DNA of 64,000 nucleotides from NCBI GenBank assembly GCA_905233425.1, contig CAJOEC010000002.1, positions 29,000 to 92,999 on the forward strand. Reading direction: 5' to 3'. A program made the translations under genes and the position numbers. The notes beneath the pieces are model-generated. The model saw nothing but the letters and a program-made list of their open reading frames with translations, ran no database searches and was not told the origin of the DNA. Source of the DNA: an uncultured Prevotella sp. (GTDB taxonomy: Bacteria > Bacteroidota > Bacteroidia > Bacteroidales > Bacteroidaceae). This document shows, one piece after another, positions 44,501 to 53,133 of this stretch (positions are counted from its first letter, which is position 1; each line of letters opens with the position of its first letter).

Positions 44501-44605
44501 AACCGCCTCTTCTCTGTAAAGACGGGCATGACACCCTCGCAATACCGCGATAAACACCACGAAAACGCCAGCGGACCCACCGATGCTTACGAGGTCATAG
44601 AATAA
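41585..44605 (+). CDS. Membrane-anchored propeller/Y_Y_Y sensor fused directly to an AraC-type HTH (hybrid two-component-like regulator lacking kinase and receiver)
   Basis: Signal sequence, repeated regulator-propeller repeats (IWLATWNGLSRFDG, IWVATYGGGVN, MWVGTNGGGL), Y_Y_Y-type segment (HRVHYQYMLEGYDPEW) and one TM helix. C-terminal AraC HTH (ISFNSGFSDPVQFNRLFSVKTGMTPSQYR). Only ~40 aa lie between the TM helix and the HTH region. Confidence 0.8.
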   Translation: MMKNKFKFLIVTAFLLTTYVGAYAQQIQAKLSHYSTDDGLASNAIAKMRQDDWGYIWLATWNGLSRFDGYNFYNYRTGTLSHVPNLHNRVEQIAVDNQQNIWMRMYDKRIFVMKRSADKIINPFASIKGNEEFRTNRSIFVTSGGDVLVPIVDKGIYKMRMENDGVDCKLVTTGGMEVTSMAEGYQNDIWLGTNTGIHRMDASNMTVERKGLFLDEYIECLYSNGYNIFAGTRSGKIVSFAYGQDPVVIRTGGNQVETIFVDSHGLIWFADSENGVLKYDPETKQERRYTQTLKTINYDGYGGEFNEVNGTVWMHMNHGGYGYYNREKDEVEYFHNDPSNPWNLSNICNASLESADGVVFESTSNRGLEKLEIMKNTIERKLLVHDTTVPYDNDIRALYYDAKHRILFMANKSGTLFLTYEDSTRTAITQSDDGTRLKRVYGISKDSKDNIWLASKDKGVFRMTPRATGGWTIVNYAHDDNDPMSLNDNHAYQTVEDKDGNIWVATYGGGVNLIPRGTSKFINCNNEMKDYPLNSYRKVRTLAVDHDGKVWAGTTDGILLLEYKGGNVTIEKLEQSEEYPESILYSNDIVCLACDNNGMMWVGTNGGGLGHTTGKDEQGRWLFETFGSHDGLPSEEILSLAFDMRGNVWFSTEHVLCSFNREKRIFTSFSTLEGVDETMISEGAALVLPNGNILFGTTNGYYVVDRDKLMSNNAAMYKLRFTDFWVDGELQSPNLTNLYDYYVPDSKHVELPSHLSSFAIRFVSLNYQLQHRVHYQYMLEGYDPEWVNADKTRTASYENVPSGTYKFVVKAFLLESPEKYDIKELEIIVPPMFFFSSGAIWLYMLLVAGIGLGLLFWRQKLMREKMRRMKVNTVVQTDNGDLDMTQNIFLVQLEAWLENHYSEHQMTFDAFLLNQGMSRADFEDELRSATKKTPREFLNDYRLEKAKKMLEQTTDNVADISFNSGFSDPVQFNRLFSVKTGMTPSQYRDKHHENASGPTDAYEVIE

Positions 44606-44643
44606 CTGCACTCTGAATTGTTAAACAGAAAAAAGTTCATGAA

Positions 44644-46278
44644 ATGAACAACAAGAATCGCCTCTCCCCCCTATGGCTTGCCCTCAGTGCTGTCATCGGC
44701 ATAGCCATCGGCACTTTCTATGCCAAACATTTCTCAGGTAACCGCCTAAGCATTATCAATTCTGGCAGTAACAAGCTGAACAATCTGCTCTACATTGTCG
44801 ACGACCAGTATGTGGACACCGTCAACATGACCGACCTTGTGGAGAAGGCCATGCCCCAGATACTCTCAGAGCTTGACCCTCACTCTCTCTACATCAGCGC
44901 ACGCGACGTGCAGGCTGCCAACGACGACCTGCGGGGGTCGTTCTCAGGAGTGGGCATCGAGTTCACCATTCGTCAGGACACGCTGCGCGTACAGGGAGTC
45001 ATCAGCAACGGCCCGGCAGAACAGGCAGGAGTGCTTGCCGGCGACAAGATAGTGACTGTCGACGACTCGGTGTTCACTGGCAAGACCCTCACCAACGACG
45101 AGGCCATGCGCCGGCTGAAAGGCCCGGAGGGGACGAAGGTGAAGCTCGGCATACTGCGCTATGGCGAGACCGCGCTCAGGGAGATTGTTGTGACGCGGGG
45201 CGAGATTCCCATGAACAGCGTAACTGCCGCCTATATGCTCGATGACGAGACAGGCTACATAAAACTGAAGAACTTCGGCGAGAACACCTACATGGAGATG
45301 CTCGTGGCACTGGCACAGCTGTCGCAGGACGATTTCCAGCAGCTGGTCATCGACCTGCGCGGGAACACTGGCGGCTACCTGCAGTCGGCTGTGCAGATAG
45401 CCAACGAATTCCTGCCACGACAGAAACTCATCGTCTATACCGAGGGGCGCAACTCGCCACGCGAGGACTACTCCAGCGACGGGCGCGGCAGCTACCAGCG
45501 TCTGCCATTGGTGGTGCTTATTGACGAAGGCTCGGCATCGGCAGCTGAGATCCTGGCCGGTGCCATTCAGGACAACGACCGCGGCACAATCATCGGGCGC
45601 CGCTCCTTCGGCAAGGGCCTGGTGCAGAAGCCAATAGAGTTTGGCGACGGTTCCATGATGAGGCTCACCATTGCACGCTACTACACTCCGTCGGGACGAT
45701 GCATTCAGAAACCTTACAGCAGCGGCTCGGACAAAGACTATGAGGACGACCTCATAAACCGCTACCAGCATGGTGAGTTCTTCTCGCAGGACAGCATCAA
45801 GCACACCGGTCCTGAATACCACACACGCAACGGCCGCACCGTCTATGGCGGAGGTGGCATCACGCCTGACATCTTCGTGCCTGAAGACACTACTGACTAC
45901 ACATCTTATTATAAAGAGGCCTCGATGACCGGTCTGCTGTTGCAGTTCGGCTACGAATACACCGACCAGAACCGTGCGGCAATGAACGAATACGACGATA
46001 TGACCTCGCTCGTCAAATACCTCAAGAAGCAGAACCTCGTCGAGAAATTCGCCGTCTTCGCCGAAAAACACGGACTGAAGAGGCGCAACCTTATGATAAA
46101 GCGCAGCCACCAGCTTCTCGAACAGTATGCCATCAGCCGCATCGTCTACGGTATGCTCGATGAGGCCGCCCTCATTGAATATCTCAATAAGGACGACAAA
46201 GCCATCACCGAGACGCTTCGTGTGTTCCGCGACGGTGAGTCGTTCCCTGCGCCACCCGCAGATGACGTGAAGGAGTAG
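44644..46278 (+). CDS. S41 family C-terminal processing (tail-specific) peptidase
   Basis: PDZ segment (GVGIEF..GPAEQAGVLAGDKIVTVDD) and catalytic region LVVLIDEGSASAAEILAGAIQDNDRGTIIGRRSFGKG. Confidence 0.9.
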   Translation: MNNKNRLSPLWLALSAVIGIAIGTFYAKHFSGNRLSIINSGSNKLNNLLYIVDDQYVDTVNMTDLVEKAMPQILSELDPHSLYISARDVQAANDDLRGSFSGVGIEFTIRQDTLRVQGVISNGPAEQAGVLAGDKIVTVDDSVFTGKTLTNDEAMRRLKGPEGTKVKLGILRYGETALREIVVTRGEIPMNSVTAAYMLDDETGYIKLKNFGENTYMEMLVALAQLSQDDFQQLVIDLRGNTGGYLQSAVQIANEFLPRQKLIVYTEGRNSPREDYSSDGRGSYQRLPLVVLIDEGSASAAEILAGAIQDNDRGTIIGRRSFGKGLVQKPIEFGDGSMMRLTIARYYTPSGRCIQKPYSSGSDKDYEDDLINRYQHGEFFSQDSIKHTGPEYHTRNGRTVYGGGGITPDIFVPEDTTDYTSYYKEASMTGLLLQFGYEYTDQNRAAMNEYDDMTSLVKYLKKQNLVEKFAVFAEKHGLKRRNLMIKRSHQLLEQYAISRIVYGMLDEAALIEYLNKDDKAITETLRVFRDGESFPAPPADDVKE

Positions 46279-46298
46279 AACCTGAAATAAACTTCATT

Positions 46299-46865
46299 AT
46301 GACCCAGGAACAAGACATCAAGAACGCCGTGGAGGTGCTACGCCGTGGAGGTGTGATACTCTATCCGACCGATACCATCTGGGGCATCGGATGCGATGCA
46401 ACCAATGCCGAAGCCGTAAGGCGTGTCTACGAAATCAAGCAGCGCGACGACTCGAAGGCACTCATCTGCCTTGTCGACAGCGACGCCCGTCTGCAGCGCT
46501 ATGTGAGAAACGTCCCCGACGTGGCATGGCAGCTCATAGACTGTGTGGTGAAACCCACGACGCTCATACTCGACGGTGCCGTGAACCTCGCTCCGAACCT
46601 CATTGCCGCCGATGGCTCAATAGGCATCCGTATCACTCAGGAACCTTTTTCACATGAGCTATGCTACCGTTTCCAGAAGGCCATCGTTTCAACATCGGCA
46701 AACATCAGCGGGGAGACTCCGGCACAAAACTACCGCGACATTGACCCGCGCATCATTGAGCAGGTCGACTATGTGTGCTGGTCACGCCGACAGGAGCACA
46801 AGCCCCATCAGCCCTCGGCCATAATCAAGTTGGGAATGGATGGAGAAGTGAAGGTAATCAGGTGA
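46299..46865 (+). CDS. tsaC: L-threonylcarbamoyladenylate synthase (YrdC/TsaC family)
   Basis: ..GGVILYPTDTIWGIGCDATN.., ..STSANISGE.. At 188 aa it is the single-domain form. Confidence 0.85.
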   Translation: MTQEQDIKNAVEVLRRGGVILYPTDTIWGIGCDATNAEAVRRVYEIKQRDDSKALICLVDSDARLQRYVRNVPDVAWQLIDCVVKPTTLILDGAVNLAPNLIAADGSIGIRITQEPFSHELCYRFQKAIVSTSANISGETPAQNYRDIDPRIIEQVDYVCWSRRQEHKPHQPSAIIKLGMDGEVKVIR

Positions 46866-47486
46866 TTACTTCAAGTATTCGTATATTTCTTCGGTCCAGT
46901 CTTCACCGTTCTTCGGACAGAAGGTGTTGATGCCTATTTGGCTGGCAGCGGCCACATTGCGCGGCCCGTCGTCTACAAAGAGACATTCCGACGGAATGAT
47001 CTGTTCGGCCATGAGCACGCGGCGGAAAAATGTCTCGTCGGGCTTCATGACCTTCATCTTGTAACTCAGATAGCAGGCATCGAGATAATGGCTCAGTGGA
47101 TGGCCTTTTCCGTCGAAGGCCGGCGACATGGCCCACGCCATCATGCAGGGGTTGGTGTTCGAGAGCAGTATCAGACGGTAGCCTTCCTTTCTTAGTCTTA
47201 CGAGTGCGTCGAGGTTACGCTGCGGCACCTCCTTGGCATATCCCTGCCAGGCGTACTCACATTCTGCGATGGTCAGCTCACGGCCAATGATGAGGCTCAG
47301 TTCGCGCCGGAAGTCCTCGGCGCTGATTAAGCCGTTCTCCAACTCGCCGAATATTCCTTTCTGTGTGTAGGGGTCGAGCCATGTTGTGGCATCCTTCAGG
47401 CCAAGGGCGGTGAAACGCCTGACGGCCTCATCGTGGTCGATGGTGAGGATAACGCCGCCAAGGTCGAAGATTACAGTCTTTATCAT
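46866..47486 (-). CDS. HAD-superfamily hydrolase (subfamily IA)
   Basis: Motif I VIFDLGGV, motif III-IV ..KPDETFF..CLFVDDGPRN. Its stop codon abuts the tsaC stop. Confidence 0.8.
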   Translation of the reverse strand: MIKTVIFDLGGVILTIDHDEAVRRFTALGLKDATTWLDPYTQKGIFGELENGLISAEDFRRELSLIIGRELTIAECEYAWQGYAKEVPQRNLDALVRLRKEGYRLILLSNTNPCMMAWAMSPAFDGKGHPLSHYLDACYLSYKMKVMKPDETFFRRVLMAEQIIPSECLFVDDGPRNVAAASQIGINTFCPKNGEDWTEEIYEYLK

Positions 47487-47542
47487 TGTGGTTGGGGTGG
47501 GTTTCGTATGGGTATTGTGGGTAGGGTGGGGCGGAGTTGATG

Positions 47543-48028
47543 TTAGTGGCGGAAGTCCTTCATGGCCCGGTCAATCTCACGACGGTCTTCCTTCTCCTTC
47601 AGCGTCTGTCGTTTGTCGTAGGCTTTCTTTCCCTTGCAGAGCGCGAGGTCCATCTTTGCACGTCCGTTCTCGTCAATCCATATCAGCGTGGGCACAATGG
47701 TGTAACCCGTCTGGCGTGTGGCGCTTTCCAGCCGGTTTATCTCGCGGCGCGTGAGAAGCAGCTTGCGGTCGCGCTTCTGCTCGTGGTTGTTGTATGAGCC
47801 GTAGAAATAGGGGCTGACGCTCATTCCCTTGACCCACATCTCACCATTGATTATGGTACAGTATGTGTCGACGAGACTTGCCTTGCCTGCTCTTATCGAC
47901 TTTATCTCGGTGCCGGTGAGCACAATGCCGGCGGTGAATTCCTCGATGAAGAAATACTCGAAGGCCGCCTTCTTGTTCTTTATCTGTATGGGGCTCTTCT
48001 TGCGGAGCTCCTGTAGTTCTTTGTTCAT
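47543..48028 (-). CDS. smpB: SsrA-binding protein
   Basis: ..[35 protein letters not shown].., ..[10 protein letters not shown].. Confidence 0.92.
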   Translation of the reverse strand: MNKELQELRKKSPIQIKNKKAAFEYFFIEEFTAGIVLTGTEIKSIRAGKASLVDTYCTIINGEMWVKGMSVSPYFYGSYNNHEQKRDRKLLLTRREINRLESATRQTGYTIVPTLIWIDENGRAKMDLALCKGKKAYDKRQTLKEKEDRREIDRAMKDFRH

Positions 48029-48080
48029 TGCCCCTAAGTTTGGGGGCTGGGTGTCTGAACGACCTCTCCAACCCGAATTG

Positions 48081-48587
48081 TTATTTTACTGTTGCGAATT
48101 TTTCCAGGTTCTCGTCGACGTAGTGTGCAATCTGCTCTGTCCAAGCCGGTTCGTTTTCTATGAACGCGTCGTCGTAGTCGTCAAACTGCGGGTACTGCTC
48201 ATAGAGCGCCATGAACTCGTCCTCTGTGCAGTCGCGCTCTAATGGTTCGCGGTTCTCAAGCCACAGGGTGTGCACCTCGTAGAGCATTTTCGAAAGGTCG
48301 CGTATGTGCCACATCTTGTTCAGCGCCTTGGCAAAGGGATTCTTGAATATGAACGGGCCATAACCGTTGTGTATCAGCTGGATAAAGCCGCCACACATCA
48401 CCTCCTCGCGCAGCGTGTCCCAGCAGAGCAATGTCATCTGGTCGGCATTAAGCTCGGTCATTGTCTCGTCTGTCAGTTCTCCGCCAATGGCCTCGCGTAT
48501 GGCATTGATAAATACTTGCAGGAAAGAGTTCATGCCATCGAGGGCAGCCTGCGACAGTTCTGAGTCTTTTACGGTAATTGTTTTCAT
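48081..48587 (-). CDS. DMP19/DUF4375-family protein
   Basis: ..[17 protein letters not shown].. matches the DUF4375 core pattern. ATG 48587 is preferred to the upstream TTG used by the track. Confidence 0.55.
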   Translation of the reverse strand: MKTITVKDSELSQAALDGMNSFLQVFINAIREAIGGELTDETMTELNADQMTLLCWDTLREEVMCGGFIQLIHNGYGPFIFKNPFAKALNKMWHIRDLSKMLYEVHTLWLENREPLERDCTEDEFMALYEQYPQFDDYDDAFIENEPAWTEQIAHYVDENLEKFATVK

Positions 48588-48678
48588 AACAGAGCGCAAA
48601 ATTACTATTTTTTCCCAACACCACCAAATAAACGGCGTAAAAACTATTCAAGACAGTCCCAAAACGGTGATTAGTGTC

Positions 48679-49533
48679 TCAGAATCCTGCATCCCAGAAC
48701 TTTTCTATTCTTGAAAGATATTCATTGCCCGTCTGCCGTCCCATGTCGTAGACGAGCTTCATCTGTTGTGCGTCGTGGGAGACATGTCCGATTGGGATTA
48801 TCCCTTTCGGGCGGATGACAAGACACCGGCCTTCGCCCTCGGCACGGGCGACGTAGTCCAGTTGCTGGTTGTACATCTTATAGCGCTGTGCCAGTGCCTC
48901 AACCATCTTGGGGTAGCGGCGCAGGGCAAGGCGCATGAGTGGCATCAGTCGGCTTGGCCCTTTGCGGTAGCCGTCGGGTTGTGTCAGGATTACAACATTC
49001 CGTCTGTAGCCCAGACTCTCGAAATGTTCCAGGGGGATGCTGTCGGCAACTCCGCCGTCGAGCAGCAGACGGCCGTCGAGGCGGACTACACGCGAGACTA
49101 ACGGCATCGATGCCGAGGCGCGAATCCAGTCGTAAGCCGTGTCGTCTGCCTCTGTCAGCTGCTTGTAGACTGGCAAACCGGTGAGCACGTCGGTGCACAC
49201 CAGATAAAACGCCATGGGCGAACTGTTGAATGCCTCGTTGTCGAAAGGGTCCAGCTCACGCGGCATGGTGTGGTAGGCGAACTCGGCGTTGAAATAGTCG
49301 CCTGTGGTTATCAGCGAGCGCAGTCCGCTGTAGCGGCTGTCGCGTGCGAAGCGCATATTGTAACGTATTGCCCGCCCTGGCTGCCGCGACTTGTAGTTGC
49401 AGCCAAAGGCGGCCCCCGCCGACACGCCGATAATCCCGTCGGGACACACGTCGTGCTCCATCAGCACGTCGGTTATGCCGCTGGTGAACAGCCCGCGCAA
49501 TGCGCCGCCCTCAAGTACTAATCCTCGTTTCAT
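48679..49533 (-). CDS. Patatin-like phospholipase
   Basis: Oxyanion motif LEGGALRG and nucleophile elbow GVSAGA, with a downstream DGG. Confidence 0.85.
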   Translation of the reverse strand: MKRGLVLEGGALRGLFTSGITDVLMEHDVCPDGIIGVSAGAAFGCNYKSRQPGRAIRYNMRFARDSRYSGLRSLITTGDYFNAEFAYHTMPRELDPFDNEAFNSSPMAFYLVCTDVLTGLPVYKQLTEADDTAYDWIRASASMPLVSRVVRLDGRLLLDGGVADSIPLEHFESLGYRRNVVILTQPDGYRKGPSRLMPLMRLALRRYPKMVEALAQRYKMYNQQLDYVARAEGEGRCLVIRPKGIIPIGHVSHDAQQMKLVYDMGRQTGNEYLSRIEKFWDAGF

Positions 49534-49585
49534 GTAAAAGGCGGACTGCCAAACAGTCCGCCCGAACTTGATTTCAATATCCTAA

Positions 49586-50857
49586 TTATTCACCCTTGAT
49601 TGCTGCTACTCCTGGGAGCACCTTGCCCTCGATGGCCTCGAGCAGAGCACCGCCGCCGGTGGAGATGTAGCTCACCTGGTCGGCCAGACCGAACTTGTTT
49701 ACGCAAGCAACCGAGTCGCCACCGCCGATAAGTGAGAAAGCACCCTCGGCCGTAGCCTTTGCAATTGCATCGCCGATGGCACGTGAGCCGGCGGTGAAAG
49801 CGTCGCACTCGAACACACCGGCGGGACCGTTCCACAGAATAGTCTTTGCGCCTTCGATAGCCTTGCGGAAGTCCTCCTGAGAGGCCGGACCTGCATCTAC
49901 ACCCTCGAAGCCTGCGGGGACATTGTTGGCAGGGCAGGTGATAATCTCTGCGCCTTCCTTGACGGTCATTGTGCCGAAGTCGAGGCCGTTGGTGGCTGTG
50001 CAGTCACTTCCGAGAACCAGCTCCACGCCGTTCTTCTTGGCCAGCTCCTCAACGCCGAGGGCCACATCGAGCTTGTCAAGCTCCACGATGGAATTACCGA
50101 TCTCGCCATTGTGAGCCTTGGCGAAGGTGTATGTCATACCGCCGCAGAGGATGAGCTTGTCGACCTTGCCAAGCAGGTTCTCGATGATACCGATCTTCGA
50201 GCTAACCTTCGAGCCGCCCATGATTGCGACGAAGGGGCGCTTGATGTTGCTGAGCACATTGTCAACAGCCTGGACTTCCTTTTCCATGAGCAGACCGAGC
50301 ATCTTGTTGTCGGCATCGAAATAGTCGGCGATGACAGCTGTGGAAGCATGCTTGCGGTGAGCGGTGCCGAAGGCATCCATGACATAGCAGTCGGCGTAGG
50401 AAGCAAGTGTCTTTGCGAACTCCTTCTGACTGGCCTTCATGGCCTTCTTGGCCTCGTCGTATTCGGGTGTGCCCTTCTCCACGCCTACAGGTTTGCCTTC
50501 CTCCTCGGGATAGTAGCGCAGGTTCTCAAGCAGCAGAGCCTCACCCATCTTCAATGCAGCGGCAGCGTCGGCAGCCTTGGCGCAGTCGGGGGCGAAAGCC
50601 ACAGGAACGCCGAGTGCCTTCTCCACAGCCTCGCGGATCTGTCCTAAGGAGAGCTTCGGGTTCACCTTGCCCTTGGGCTTGCCCATGTGACTCATGATGA
50701 TGACAGCACCGCCGTCGGCCAGAATCTTCTTCAGCGTGGGTAGGGCACCGCGGATGCGGGTGTCGTCAGTTATCTTACCATTCTCATCTAGGGGCACGTT
50801 GAAGTCAACGCGCACGATTGCCTTTTTACCGGCAAAGTTAAATTCGTTGATTGTCAT
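49586..50857 (-). CDS. pgk: Phosphoglycerate kinase
   Basis: ..[26 protein letters not shown].., ..SHMGKPKG.., ..STGGGALLE.. Confidence 0.95.
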   Translation of the reverse strand: MTINEFNFAGKKAIVRVDFNVPLDENGKITDDTRIRGALPTLKKILADGGAVIIMSHMGKPKGKVNPKLSLGQIREAVEKALGVPVAFAPDCAKAADAAAALKMGEALLLENLRYYPEEEGKPVGVEKGTPEYDEAKKAMKASQKEFAKTLASYADCYVMDAFGTAHRKHASTAVIADYFDADNKMLGLLMEKEVQAVDNVLSNIKRPFVAIMGGSKVSSKIGIIENLLGKVDKLILCGGMTYTFAKAHNGEIGNSIVELDKLDVALGVEELAKKNGVELVLGSDCTATNGLDFGTMTVKEGAEIITCPANNVPAGFEGVDAGPASQEDFRKAIEGAKTILWNGPAGVFECDAFTAGSRAIGDAIAKATAEGAFSLIGGGDSVACVNKFGLADQVSYISTGGGALLEAIEGKVLPGVAAIKGE

Positions 50858-50894
50858 AGTACTATTAATTAATGAATAGAAAATATCTTCGCTG

Positions 50895-50902
50895 CAAAAT
50901 TA
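50895..50902 (-). promoter_or_regulatory. Candidate -7 box (TAATTTTG) for pgk
   Basis: The reverse complement of caaaatta, 38 nt upstream of the pgk ATG. Confidence 0.5.
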
Positions 50903-51070
50903 CTACAATTTCTTCAAACAGCCTTACATGTTGCACCGAATTTATGTTTTTTTTAAATATTTATGTCCTTGTAAAAGGGGGCGCAATAAAAATGTTAGTA
51001 ATACGTTTCTTCTATGTACGACCTATTGGAGGTTGCGCTTCCGAGCGTGACAATAGTCTTGAGTCAGGAC

Positions 51071-52219
51071 ATGAAGAATAATGCATGGATGCTATTGAGA
51101 CACTGCCTGTTGCTGCTTGTGCTACTTGTGGCACAGACATCTTCAGGCCAGGAGGAGTTGTCTGCAGACACGTTGCGACTCCATGAATCGCAGCCTCCTG
51201 TCGACAGTATCGTGCACAAGAAGCCTCGCAAGCTGGGGTTGATAAGGCGCATTATACGTGGCTTTGACCGCCTCAACGATGCCTACATTGAGCCACAGCA
51301 CTACGTATTCACAGTGATGACGCAAGGCTCATACGCCTACGACCGCTATACCCTGAGTTCGTCGGGTAGCAACCGCCAGACGGTGACCTTCGCCCCCGAC
51401 ATGAATCTGCGCATTGGTTCATACTTTGGCTGGAAATGGTTCTTCGGAGGCTACTCCATCGAACTGGGAAACGTCAATTTCACAAAGATAAAGCAGGAGG
51501 TGGATCTCAGCATCTACAGTTCGCAGATAGGAATCGACCTGTTCTACCGCCGCACGGGCAGCGAGTACAAGCTGCGCGAAGCTAAATTCGGCGACAAAGA
51601 CGATGACCTACTCGACGGAGTGCCATTCGACGGACTGAAGGCGGGCATCACCGGTTTCAACCTCTACTACATCTTCAACCACGGAAAATTCTCTTATCCA
51701 GCGGCTTTCGCACAGAGCACAATACAAAAGATCAGCTGTGGCTCGTGGATGGCTGGTGTGGGCTACACCACGAACAGCGTTGAGCTGGACTACGAGAAAC
51801 TACAACGTACTATCGACGAGAAGCTGGGTCACAAAGAGGTGAAGATAGACAGCGGACTGATGTTCCGCAGCGCGAACTACTACGACATAAACCTCTCGGC
51901 AGGATATGCCTACAACTGGGTCTTTGCCAAGAACTGGCTGTTAGGGGCGAGCCTACAAGCGGCACTCGCCTACAAGTACAGTTCGGGAAACGTGATTGGC
52001 GGACTCCGGGACTTCACCTTCCGCGACGTGAACATCGACGCCATAGGACGCTTCGCGCTGGTGTACAATTGCATGAGGTGGTATGCGGGAGCAAGTATGA
52101 TACTCCATTCGAACAACTATCACAAGCCACGCTTCTCAACCAACAACACCTTCGGGTCGATGAACATGTATGTGGGATATAACTTCGGACTTAAAAAGAA
52201 ATACAGGAAAGAACAATGA
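51071..52219 (+). CDS. Outer-membrane-type protein (DUF4421-like)
   Basis: Start MKNNAWMLLRHCLLLLVLLVAQTSSGQ (signal peptide) and a beta-rich aromatic pattern. The family name is from recall. Confidence 0.4.
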   Translation: MKNNAWMLLRHCLLLLVLLVAQTSSGQEELSADTLRLHESQPPVDSIVHKKPRKLGLIRRIIRGFDRLNDAYIEPQHYVFTVMTQGSYAYDRYTLSSSGSNRQTVTFAPDMNLRIGSYFGWKWFFGGYSIELGNVNFTKIKQEVDLSIYSSQIGIDLFYRRTGSEYKLREAKFGDKDDDLLDGVPFDGLKAGITGFNLYYIFNHGKFSYPAAFAQSTIQKISCGSWMAGVGYTTNSVELDYEKLQRTIDEKLGHKEVKIDSGLMFRSANYYDINLSAGYAYNWVFAKNWLLGASLQAALAYKYSSGNVIGGLRDFTFRDVNIDAIGRFALVYNCMRWYAGASMILHSNNYHKPRFSTNNTFGSMNMYVGYNFGLKKKYRKEQ

Positions 52220-53064
52220 AAACCATGAAATCAAAACTGCTACTTTTCATCATTTTTATGATTGCACCGATGGTGGCGGTAGCTTCCACTAAAGCTGGCA
52301 CTCATAATACCGACAGTGCTGTCGTTGAGCGTCTTCTGAGTTCGGGCGACACCACCACGCTCCATTATGCACGCGAGTTGCTGAACCGCCCCTACGTGGC
52401 CTATACGCTCGAAGTGAACGACAGCGAGAAGTTGGTTGTGAACACCCGTCAGCTCGACTGTACCACACTTGTGGAGAATGTCTGCGCCCTGACGCTGTGT
52501 GCCCGCAACGGCAAGAAGGACTATGCCTCCTTCTGCCGCTATCTGCGCATGTTGCGCTACAGACAGGGACGGCTCGACGGCTATGCTAGCCGACTGCACT
52601 ATTTCAGCGACTGGATAGCCGACAACGCAAAAATGGGTCTCGTCAGCGAGATTACTTCCTCACAGCCACCATTCACGGCTGTACAGACACTCGACATCAA
52701 CTACATGAGCCGACATCCGCAGTCGTACAAGGCTCTGCGGCAGTCTCCCTCACTGATACCATTGATAGCAGCACAGGAGAAACAGCTGACAGGCCAGAAG
52801 CATCGCTTCATCCCCAAGTCACAAGTCGTTGACAGCAAACAGCTTCGCAGCGTGGTACACGATGGAGATATCATAGCCATCACTTGCTCTAAGCCCGGAC
52901 TCGATATAGCCCATTTAGGATTTGCCGTATGGCGGAACGATGGGCTTCATCTGCTCAACGCGTCACAACTGCACAAAAAAGTCGTGGAGGAACCGATGAC
53001 CTTAGGACAGTATCTTGCAAAACATCCGTCGCACACAGGCATAAGAATCATACGGTTGCGGTAA
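52216..53064 (+). CDS. DUF1460 (amidase-like/transglutaminase-like) domain protein
   Basis: Signal peptide. ..QLDCTTLVENVCAL.. and ..RLHYFSDWIADN.. fit the DUF1460 pattern. The 4-nt start/stop overlap with the previous gene suggests co-translation. Confidence 0.55.
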   Translation: MKTMKSKLLLFIIFMIAPMVAVASTKAGTHNTDSAVVERLLSSGDTTTLHYARELLNRPYVAYTLEVNDSEKLVVNTRQLDCTTLVENVCALTLCARNGKKDYASFCRYLRMLRYRQGRLDGYASRLHYFSDWIADNAKMGLVSEITSSQPPFTAVQTLDINYMSRHPQSYKALRQSPSLIPLIAAQEKQLTGQKHRFIPKSQVVDSKQLRSVVHDGDIIAITCSKPGLDIAHLGFAVWRNDGLHLLNASQLHKKVVEEPMTLGQYLAKHPSHTGIRIIRLR

Positions 53065-53133
53065 AATGGAAATTAACGTTAAACAATCGTAAAGAGGGGC
53101 GTTATTCCATATTTTTGGTGTAATTTTGCAGCC

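Noticed and set aside
41687-46110. Long minus-strand ORFs (395 aa at 41687-42874; 388 aa at 44944-46110)
   Set aside because: They are antisense to the propeller regulator and the S41 peptidase, both of which have clear motifs. Their composition is typical of shadow frames.
47543-48100. tmRNA (ssrA) next to smpB; tRNA or rRNA genes anywhere in the window
   Set aside because: No GGGGCTGA-type 5' end, no alanine-acceptor/CCA-proximal T-arm (GGTTCGAATCC-like) and no rRNA signature was found in any intergenic region.
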